A stretch of DNA of 64,000 bases from the NCBI RefSeq assembly GCF_036321535.1, contig NC_087436.1:55926001-55990000 (forward strand), given 5' to 3'. The notes under the pieces were generated by a model. It was not told where the DNA came from. It saw only the letters and a list, made by a program, of their open reading frames with translations, and ran no database searches. The first letter of the stretch is position 1, and each line of letters opens with the position of its first letter. The position numbers were made by a program, and so were the translations under genes. Of the stretch, positions 27,217-37,322 are shown one piece after another. This DNA comes from Camelus dromedarius. Taxonomy: Eukaryota.

Positions 27217-30200
27217 AGAGAAACATGTTTTTATATTATAAATCCAAAAACAAAGTATTTTTTCTTCTATTACATTTCTCACAACCAATCTTCAAGATCA
27301 ACTTTGGACTTCATTTATGATTGGAAACATTTAAACTGGCAAATAAAAGAACAAAACAGGAAACATCACTTGTACAGAAATATACACATACAAGCAATTA
27401 CTGGAACCAGAGGGAAAAAAGAGTGAGTAAACAGTAAGAAATCAACAGCATTCAACACAAACAAGTAATTGCCAATATAGAACATAGTAATGTTGTTCTT
27501 AAAATATTAATACTATTTCTTCAGTGTTTAGCTAAGCACAACAGTGTTTTGTGGCAATAGCAGTGCAGTATTTTTGGAAAAACTTGGAAAAACACTGGAA
27601 AATGACTAGCTTTAATAAAAATGATTTAGAAATATATTGGTATAATGACCAAATATAAAGACAGGTAAAAATATTAAAACAGATTATTACTATCAAGTAT
27701 TAATAATTTAGAATGATATTGCTAATGTAAAGGGCATTAAAGTGAGAGAATATCATACCTACAATAAAAAAGGAAATAGTACACAGTTCAACTAGTTTGT
27801 AAGGGGCAAAAATCTTGCTGAATAACTAACTAACAGTTATTGTATACAAACTATTGAACCACCAGATAAAAATATAGAAGTCAAAGAGATTTTCATTTGT
27901 TTTCTAACTTATGTAAAAAGGATATGTTTTGAATAAAATGAAGAACTGAGAAAACTAGCTTTCAATTTCAGGCATTGGTTTTAAAGATAATTGCATAGTA
28001 GTTCAAAGGAAATGGTCTACAAGCTGGAATTTTGGCAAAAAATGTAGATATATTCTAGGTGCCAAGCTTATAGTTGGAAATTGTCATGCAGAAACATGGT
28101 CTCAATTGTGCCAATGTCAGTAATGATCTTTGGAACAAGTCAAGATTATATGATGTTTTCCAGATTTGCCCAAAGGTGGAACAGCTTGGTGAAACATGTA
28201 TCCTATTTGTTCTTACAGTACTCTCAGACGTACTAGGGAATGCTAACTAAATATTGTTAATGCCATTAAAATTAATTTAGGCAAGATAAAATTCATTAGC
28301 AGAATTAAAGAAATATACTAATGATCCTCAAATCAAATTGAATCATGTTTTCTGGTAGAAATGAAATTAATTTTTGACTTGAGCTACATGCAGGTATTTG
28401 TTATAAACTACTAATAATATTAATCATGATAGCAATAAGTTATAAAAACTAAGTTAAGCTTTATTATTTTACTTTAAATTTATAAAATATTTCTTTAGTT
28501 TTGAGAATTTTTCTCAAATTGAAACAAATTTTATGTAAGCTATGGCATTCCAATAAAATGTAAGGAAATTATGTCACATACAAATCCTGACTGTAATTTC
28601 TGTAGAGACTTTTCTATTACAGATCGAGATTTAATCTTAAGGTATATGTGGCCAAACTGAGCAATATGTTCTTATTTAATTCCTCTGCCATCATAGCATT
28701 GAAATATTTAAAAGAAAAATATCAACAAATATTGTGGAGATTTGTATAATACCTTAGCAGTAAAAACTGTGATGTGTAATGAACCATATGCTAAAGTTAA
28801 AATATTTTATAGTATTTTCTGTGGTTATGATAATTTATATTTGATTCCATCACAGTGCATGATTATAGTATCAAATTTATTATATGCTTCCTATTTTAAA
28901 TATGGTTTTAATAATTACTTCTGCCTCAGCCATGAGAAAATTCTCTAACTTGAAATCAGTAAAATAAAACAATAAGAACTATAATGCTTCAAGAAGTGAT
29001 TAACATAAAAAAATGAACATTTTAATTATAATAATCTAATCAGTGATTTTATTAAGATCAAGGCAAGAAAATTAAATTTCATGGAATAAATATATAAAAT
29101 ACATGAATTATACATGATTTTATTACTTACCCAGATGTCACCAGCCTATCAGCAGACCACACAGTAATGAACAATAATAGTTAAGTAAACTGTTTTCATT
29201 ATTTTAGTTTCATTGATAAAAATAGTAATAGCACTACATTTGTCAGTAATTTTGTCATTATGAAGGTATACTTGCCAAGTTTAAGGGAACTAGAGAAGCA
29301 TTCCCAAGAATCCCCGTGTAGCATTAAAAAATAATTACAATGGCTTTACTAGAATTTCAGGCCTTTTCCATCTCACCCACCTCACTCTTTCTTCTCTGTC
29401 TTAGCTTAGGGACAAGTGGGAGGAAGAAGGTGGAAGTAGACCAAAGCCAGCAAACCAAACAACAAACACACAGGCCATTGAGTTCAATTTTGGAGACTGG
29501 AGTATTATCACAGTTTTCAGAGTATTACAAGCATTGAAACCAGCAAATGCAAATGAAATAGCTGATGTTGGTCATTTTCTGGAATTCTACCAGAAAGCAG
29601 TCTCAATGTGGCCCAGAAAAGCTCCAAGGCCAGGGGTTAGGGAACACTCAGAACAAGTTCCTAGAACTCTCTAATAAGTAATTGATGGAGATAGTTAAAA
29701 TTTTAAATTAATAAGAAATGTGAGAAAGGAAAATGCGAGAGGCAAAATTACATCATTATAAATGTGACTAATTATATAACATTTAGTCTGTGTGACTCCA
29801 GTTTAGGACATTTTTCAAATAACAGTCACTGCTCAATAGAGAAGTGTAAAATGGGATTATCATCCTATGAGCTCTTGATGGAATCAGGGAGCCTCTGGCC
29901 CATGGGACAGTAGAATTTGTTTTCTGAGGCCAGAACTCATCTCAGGAATAAACAGATACCTGGGCTTCTGAGCTTCACTCTTGTGCACTGTGTACCCACA
30001 TCTGTGCCAAGTTTAACATTTTATTTCCAGATTATGTTTTCATAGAACTGCATGTATTTAATCTTTTTTGTAAAAGCTGTTTTGTCAGGATAAAATAAAC
30101 TCTCCCTTAGAGTTTCTGTGGTTTACTTAAAAAAGTATTAAGGAAATCATTATGTATTCAGAAACTGCACAGTGAAAAAAGGAGTTTTCATCTGGAAACA

Positions 30201-30927
30201 GAGTTCCATTGTTATATTTATGGAAGTCCTTCTCCTATGAGCATGTGGTTTGTAACAATTATGTGGTCTGGCTGGCCCTCTGAGTATTCACCGATGTTAG
30301 TTTGTTCTCCATTTCCTTCTTTTGCATGGGCCGAGGACATACATTCAACAATTAAATCTTCCAAATGCTAGTGAAAATTACACAACTTGAGGATGCTTGG
30401 TATTCAGATTTGCTGGAGAACTAGCTGGTCTTTGAATAATTAAACCAAAGTTAGTCAACTCACATTCTTTGCTATTATTTTCTTTTCCTATTTCAGGTAT
30501 AAGTCTCCTTGTCTGGGAGAAGTTTTGTTGTTGTTGTTAGGGTTTTTTTTGGTTTTGTTTTTTTCACTTATGCATATGTTTCATTTAGTGAGAATTGAGA
30601 GTAGATAGACTTTTTAAGAGTTCAGTAAAGTTTTTTCCTTCTACTGTTTGGGGGATAGGGCATTCTTTTTGCTTTTTAGGACAAATTTCCATTTTTGTTT
30701 CATGGAAGAAGGCTGTTAGCACCAAAAGCGGGCTCTTGTGACCCAGTGGGGTGGATGTCAACTATTAAAAGGCAAATACATTAAAAAGGTCATATGCCTT
30801 CAATGAGTTATTATGAAAGATTTGTATCTTTGGATTTTTTTTCCTGAAGACATTGTCTCTTATTCTGAAAGAAAAGTCAAATGGAACATCAATTTTCCTC
30901 TTTTAGACAATGCCAAATATAAAGTAT

Positions 30928-31357
30928 TGTCAGCCTGAGGGAGGCTGATGTGGGTTTCGAGGAGGTGAGCGGCCCAAACGAAAAAATGCATGAGGAGTTG
31001 CCATACTGCCGGACAGACTTCAGCCAGAGACACCATGGGGTTAACAACACTTTATTGCCACAGGAAGGTGCACGCCTATGATGCACCTGCCCTGCTTTTA
31101 TCTGTTTTCCTGTCAGCACATGCGCGGTCTGAGTTTCTTTGTTCATTAGGCTTACAGAGTATCTCTAGCACATGCGTACTTCTATTTTCTTTGTTCTAAA
31201 TCTTATATAATTGATGCACGCGTGGAGCAATTATTTACTGCATACCACAAACACGCTCTGTAGTCGTGGCCTTGGGTCCCACAGCCTTAACTTATCTCAA
31301 GGCTCTGGCTGTGGCCTTGGGTCCCACGGCCTTAACTCATCTCAAGGCCAGCTCACA
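30928..31357 (-). repeat. 3' LTR (430 bp)
   Basis: Direct repeat of 37323-37747 (by eye about 15 substitutions and 4 small indels). Preceded by the PPT. TATA-like motif at about 31203-31209 and AATAAA at 31051-31056 (minus). Confidence 0.96.
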
Positions 31358-31368
31358 TTTTACCCCTT
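31358..31368 (-). promoter_or_regulatory. Polypurine tract
   Basis: AAGGGGTAAAA directly before the TG of the 3' LTR, resembling the AAGGGGT-type PPT of ERVL elements. Confidence 0.85.
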
Positions 31369-32521
31369 AGGTCGTGGGGACCTTAGCCCACAGGGCGGAG
31401 CATTGTGCCCAAAGACCACAACAACAATACAGAGTACAGCATCCTACTAATACGCAGACAGCAACAATAGCCAGGACAGTTAGGCTCCATCTCTAGGAGG
31501 ACATCAAGGATGACCACCAATTCTTAAGGGGGTCTTGCGTTATATAATCTATACCATCCAATTCCTGATCTATTTCATGCAGTGCCTTAGCTATTTCCTT
31601 CTGGTGATGTGGTATATAGATACAACATTCAATATGTAACATAGCATATGTGCCACCCTGGCTTACAGTGAGAATATCTAATGCCATGCTATTTTGTAAG
31701 ACTATCTTTCGCATCTGGGTAGTCTCGTCTAACAATTTCTCTATAGCTCTTCTAGTAACATTTAGTACAGCTGATACGTGCTGAGCCAAAGCTTCTACCT
31801 GCAATTCTACATTGATGGTCCCAGCACCAGGCAGGAACAGGGCCATGGGATAAAACCATCAAGCTGCACGCTTCCCCCAGTGCCACCGGGTGTGCAGTGG
31901 GTTCCAGTTTGTGGGGCTCTCTGTTAAAGTGGGCCGGATATGTCCGGGCAAGTAAGCTTTACCCCAAGTACAGCACCCTGCCCATTTAGTTGGGAGATAA
32001 GACCATCTGTGGGTGCCGTATACCCACAGATACCCTGGTGGCAGGAAATCAGTGGGTTTTGTGCCAATTAGAGGTCGTCCATCCCACCAGGTGGAGGCAT
32101 TTACATTATAAGTAATTTTGGCACATAGCTCTTCTGGGAGCCACCCCATTGTGCGATTTGGAGCCTCGTGTTCAAATCGCTGTTCCATACAGAGGGGGCT
32201 TAAATTTCTCACTTTTACATGAACACTATTCATTTATTCCCACCCATTACATACCGTCTTTCTAATTGGGTGGGGAGGGGGGGACTGCCCTGCTCATGTG
32301 GGAGTATTTCTTCAATAGTCTGCTGCCGCAAGTCCCAGGGCGATCTCTCTGTCCTGTTGGCATTCCATCGAATCAAGGTGCTCCAATTAGCTCTGGACGC
32401 GGGGTGGAGGTGCCATGGCAGTTCAGTATCTATGGGAAGTTCAGTATAGACCCAACAGTGAGAGACGTTGTGGACTCACGCGAATGTGTGTGCCCAGGAG
32501 AACATGGTATTTGCTGTTACC
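31367..32521 (-). pseudogene. env: env (gamma-type, compact; SU about 217 aa, TM about 166 aa), interrupted
   Basis: SU NVSHCWVY (CXXC position), WGKR furin site at about 31868, fusion peptide, immunosuppressive domain LQNSMALDILTVSQGG, [C>Y]X6CC, membrane span LTVLAIVAVCVLVG and a Cys-rich tail. TAA at 31367-31369. One frameshift near 32280 and several stops. Confidence 0.92.
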
Positions 32522-35500
32522 CTGGATGGAAGGACAGAGCAGAGGTGGACACCATGATTGGTAAATTTCTCCCTTCTGGGAGGATGCAAGCCACTTTCTC
32601 ATCCTGTGAGAGTACAGTGGCAGGAAGTGCTGTTCACCCTGGGCGGTGGTACCATACCAACCTGCCCACACTAGATTGGTTACATTCTGGGAGAGCTTCA
32701 GGAGCTATCAGTGGAATTGCCCAAAGCCGTAGGGCTTCTGCTCCTTTAAGTAGGGACATTCCTGTTTTCCTTAGAGTAACCTGCATATCAAAAGGTCATG
32801 CCCTCACTCTTGGGGTTACCTGCAGGGCTTTCTCTAGCCCATTGCCCCATGGTTCCAAAAGGGCTAGCCAGGGGCCTTCAGTCTGGACCTGATTCTTCTA
32901 TGCCTAGGTGTCCTGTTTTCCTGAGTTTAATACCCTGGGGGCATGTAATATTAACGTATGCCCCATTATTGAGACATCGGAGGCATCCTGCACAGGCCCA
33001 ACTTTGAGCCTCTGAATAGTCCCTTGCAATAATTTTTCCAGTGGGCTCATACCTGTATGGCGAGGTTGTTCATTCAAAAGATGTACCGCCTGCGGCAAGA
33101 CATTGTTCCAGCCTCGCCCTTGTGGTTTGAGAGCCCTCAGTTTGTCCTTTAATAGGCCATTGTACCGTTCAATCATTCCTGCTGCTTGAGGACGGTAAGG
33201 CACATGCAATATCCAATTAATATCATTTTCTTTGGCCCATTCTTGGGTCTGTTGGGCAGTGAAAGGGGTCCCTCTATCATTTTGTATTTCTAAGGGAGTC
33301 CCATAGAAGGCCTGTAAAACTTCCAGTGCTCTAATAGTAGAGTCTTGTGTAGCTCAGGGCACATGGTGAGCAAAACCTAGACCAGTAGCGGTGTCTACCA
33401 CTGTCAGCAGGTACCGCAAGCCCGTACTCGGAGCAAAGGGGCCTATGTAATCTATTTGCCATACCTGCAATGGCTGAATTCCCCATGCAATCTTCCCCAT
33501 CTGTTGGGGTCATTGCCGCCGGTGTGGGTGGTACTTAGCATACCATGGACATTGCCGCATGGCATCTTTGGCTTCACTGTGGCTCAGGTGCAGGCCCCAC
33601 CGGTCGGCTACCTGCCTCATTGTGTATGAGCCAACATGACCAAGTTTCTTATGGAGCCAGGGACCTATATTGGGTCCTGGGACCATAGTCTGTACAGGGT
33701 GGAGTTGGGCTAGCGCATCAGCAGCATCATTGCCCAGTGCCAGGGCTGGGTGGTGCCCTGGTACGTGGTAAACAGTATATTGGCCTTCTTGGCCTTTTTC
33801 CTATAACTGTTTCCACATCTGTTGTCCCCATAGGGGCCAGTGCCCAATCATCCAGTCTTGCAGGTCCCATTGGGGTATCCACAGTGTAAGGCCTCAATAT
33901 ATGGCCCAACTATCTGTACAAATCTGCAAGGGGCTGGGTTCATTCATCAACACCAGCCATACTGCCCATAACTCAGCCCATTGGCTGGATTGGCCTTCTC
34001 TGGTCTCATACCAGAAGGCTTCAGTGGCAGGGTGCAGTGCTATTGCAACCCAAGTGGACGGACTGCCCTTACAAGATCCATTAGTATACCAAGCAGTTCC
34101 TGGGGGTGGCCCTTTCCCTTCATGAAAGGGACTGGGCACAGGGTCCACCCCTTGTTGTGGGAGCATCTGTACATCAGGCGCAACAAATTTCATAGGCCCT
34201 AACACCTGCTGCAACTCTGCAGCCAAGGGGCTAATGGTGTACTGGGCTCTCTGTTCCAAATAAGCACCCTACTTCGTCAGAGTTGGGGTTTGGGCAGTTC
34301 CCGATCAGGGTTGCTTTGCCCATGTCTGTACCCATCCTGCAATAGGGTATGTGGTCTGCACTTGGACCTCTTGCTTCCCCGTCAGGGGTTCAATGGCAAT
34401 CAAGGATACATAAGTTGCTAGCAACTGTTTCTCAGAGAATAACGACATTTAGCCCCTTTCCACAACTGAGACCGGAATCTTATGGGCACTTTCCGCTGCC
34501 CATGTTTCTGTCATAGCCCCAGCCATATCCATCATTGTCCACATGAACTGTCAACCAGAAAGGAAGGTCTGGATCTATAGTGCGCAGTGCTTGCGCTTGG
34601 GCCATTGCCCTCAACAAATGCACATTCGGTCTCATCAGACCAATTCTAGGCTTCTCCCTTTTTAATCAGTTTATACAGTGGTTTGGCTATTTGGGCCAAA
34701 TGAGGAATAAGCACCTGCCAGTATCCCAGAAGACCTAAATAAGTCTGTAACTGTTTAACTGTTTCAGGGCAGGAATATGCCTGGATTTTGTCTATTACTG
34801 CTTCAGGCAGCACTTTTGTCTTACCCAATCAGACAACACCCAAGAGTTTGACAGAATAGCCAGGTCCTTGCACTTTGTCCTCGTTCACGGTCCACCTCCA
34901 GCCCGCCAGGGCTTCTCGCAGCGCTGTGGCACTGGTTTCCAAATCTGAAAGAGAATCAGAGGTTAGCATTATGTCATCAATATAATGGAACCAGCGAACG
35001 GTATCCGGTTTTCTCCACGTAGCCAGGTCCTGGGCCACCAGGCCATGACACAGTGTGGGGCTGTGCAGATATCCCTGTGGCAACACAACAAATGTCCATT
35101 GTCTGCCTCCCCAGGTGAAGGCAAACTGTTCTTGGCTCTCAGGGGCTATGTCTATCGAGAAGACTGCATTAGCCAGTTCAACCACATAGTGACAAGTACC
35201 CAGTTCATGAGACAGCCAGTCCATCAAATCTGTTATATTCGGTACAGCTGCATGCATGGGGGGAGTGACTTTATTTAGTTCCCGATAGTCCACTGTCATC
35301 CTCTAGGAGACATCTGGCTTCCGCACTGGCCATACTGGAGAGTTATATGGGCTATGCGTAGCCCGAATTATACTGGCTTCCTCAAGCTTCAGGATAGTCT
35401 GTCCTATTTCCTCATGGCCACCAGGCAATCGATATTGCTGGATATTCACCACTCATGTGGCCTGTGGCAAAATCAAAGGTGCATGATGAGGATGCCCCTG

Positions 35501-35883
35501 TATAATTGTTTTCATCATGTGGACTCTGAGGTGAAATTGCCCTTGAGTGGTCTGTATTTGCAATCCTTGCAAAATGTTTATCCCCAGAATGTATTCAGCA
35601 TATACTGGGGTATATGCACCTCATATGCAGCAGGGGGCAGATGGCCAATGCCCAAAATTAGAGTCACTCGTTTAACATACATTTGCTTGTTTCCATATCC
35701 TTCTATATCAACCCATGGTCCCTGAAAACGCTCCGTATTTCCATGCACCAATGTAATTTCAGCTCCTGTGTCTACTAGTGCCAGCACTCGCTGTTTATTC
35801 ATGGGGGACCAGTGAATAGTCAGTTCAACATGTGGCCACCGGTCACCAGGGTGCCCCACGTCCCGAACACCTTGGTTTTCCTC
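32517..35883 (-). pseudogene. pol: pro-pol (protease, RT, RNase H, integrase), interrupted by stops and at least two frameshifts
   Basis: Protease [25 protein letters not shown] and YIDD (34973-34984). RNase H WYTNGS, AEL and TDSW. Integrase HKKLGH...CPWY, WQIDYIGP, QNDRG and IERYNGLLK, with a C-terminal GRLVWYHRPG domain. TAA at 32517-32519. Confidence 0.95.
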
Positions 35884-37254
35884 CTAGTCTGGGAGGAAAT
35901 CAGCAAAGGCCACCTCTTGGGCCTGATGGGAGGTTGGCAATGGAGTGTATTGTTGCTCAGGCCGTAATTTCTTCCATAAAGCCATCAGCACCTCCAATGG
36001 CTGGCCATCTAATTTCACACAGTCCAGGCCAGCTGCCAGTAAATCATATCATATCTGACAGTGATCTAGCTTTTGAGGCCCTCCTAAAATTGGAGCATTC
36101 CCCTTTTTCCTCCTCTGTGTGGACTTTCCTTTCTGCGTCACTGCATGGGAGGAGAGGGTCTTGGATTCACCTTGAGTCTTGGCAGTATGTACCCCCTTTC
36201 AGTGCACCTCTATGTCCCCCAGATGAGCTAGAGCCTCAGTTACTTCATGAATGGGGCGGTCTACATATGGTGCTAGTAGCGCCGCCATAGTCCCAAACGT
36301 TCCCGTTGGGCCATTAGCCAAAATCAAATCTTTCATTCGAGCTGTTAGGAGCTCATCATCTGGACTATGGAAATGCAAAGAAAACATCATCTGGCTCATG
36401 CCCATTTCCTGGACAACTTGTGCTAAGTCCAAATACGTGGTCCATTTACTCATGTGTTCAGGCAAATCCCCTGCATTTTCCCACATAGTGCGTACAGCAG
36501 CCATTAACCAGCTTATCAGCGTATGGTTGCCAGCATCAGCATTTGACTGGGGAATAGTTTGCAGTCTCTGCCGCAGTGAGGGGACAGTTGTTATGTTGGC
36601 CAGCTGGCCCATCTCCTTCGGAGATAGCTCGGTCTGGTCAGCCTTATCATCCCAAAGGCACAGTAGCCATGTGGGGATTGACTCACCCATACACTGCTTG
36701 CATTGCTTCGCCAGGTCTCTCAATTCCATTGATGTGTAGGATGTATAGGTGGTTTGTCATGTCACTCACCGTGGCCCTGCAGGAATTCCCCCCTGAGCCA
36801 TGGGCTCCTCCATTTCTATCCGCTGACTCACCATTGGCCGTAGATGCAGTGGAATGGGGGGAGGGGTCGGGCTTATTGTTCCCAGGGGTGGTGGGACTGG
36901 AGCTACACAGGCATAGTTGCTCTCAGAGGCAGCGGAGTTAGGACCACGTAGACATCTTTCTGCTGTGCTGGGTCTCTGCTTAAGTTCCTCTTCTTTGCAT
37001 TGCAACTCCTCCACTTGCATCTGTAAATCTCTCATGTCTTGGCTAGCATGCTGTAAAACAGATAAGAACATCCAGACCACCCTCCTGGCTGCCTCTTGGT
37101 GGGCTAATGGGACATTATTTTCTAACAGCTCCAACGCCCTATGGATGTCATCTGGCCGGGTCGCCATTGTGTCCGAATCCTCAGGTTGAGCCTACGTCAG
37201 CAAATAGGCTGCCATTGGGTACCATACAGAGGTAGGGGGCCAGTTTGCTTCCAT
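35884..37254 (-). pseudogene. gag: gag (456 codons, single frame, five premature stops)
   Basis: MEANWPPTSVWYPMAAYLLT..., coiled-coil stretch, YTSMELRDLAKQC...WLLCLWD, and QI*YDLLAAG...LDGQPLEVLMALWKKL, typical of class III Gag. No CCHC zinc finger. Stops at 37192, 36766, 36757, 36199 and 36049, with the natural TAG at 35884-35886. Confidence 0.88.
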
Positions 37255-37302
37255 TAGAGCATTCCCGTCAGGGGCGGGGGGTTTAGAGGGGGCGTTCACC
37301 TC

Positions 37303-37320
37303 ATCCTGCCGACTACGCCA
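37303..37320 (-). promoter_or_regulatory. Primer-binding site, tRNA-Ser
   Basis: TGGCGTAGTCGGCAGGAT is complementary to the 3' end of mammalian tRNA-Ser (...ATCCTGCCGACTACGCCA). It lies 2 nt after the 5' LTR. Confidence 0.93.
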
Positions 37321-37322
37321 GG

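Larger units (their letters stand above)
14015..29199 (-). pseudogene. Candidate decayed multi-exon host gene (putative exons 29131-29199, 23673-23779, 20513-20663, 14015-14234)
   Basis: Exon-sized segments outside recognised repeats, bounded by plausible acceptors and donors (TGG|GTAAGT, GAG|GTGAGT, AGG|GCAAGT, CAG|GTAAGT). Joined in order, the frame carries 6 stops. Family not securely recognised. Confidence 0.3.

Noticed and set aside
31266..31348. Repeat-spacer-repeat pattern that could be mistaken for a CRISPR array
   Set aside because: Only two copies with a 7-nt gap, inside a retroviral LTR in mammalian DNA, with no cas genes.
32266..32892. 208-aa plus-strand ORF antisense to the integrase C-terminus and env start (possible HBZ/ASP-like antisense gene)
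   Set aside because: It starts at TTG, has no recognisable motif, and long antisense ORFs are common opposite GC-rich coding DNA. It would need conservation across family copies.
36764..36771. Perfect splice donor CG|GTGAGT inside gag, phase-compatible with the env acceptor
   Set aside because: The GT depends on an in-frame TGA stop that probably arose by CpG decay (CGA>TGA), so it is unlikely to be an ancestral viral signal.
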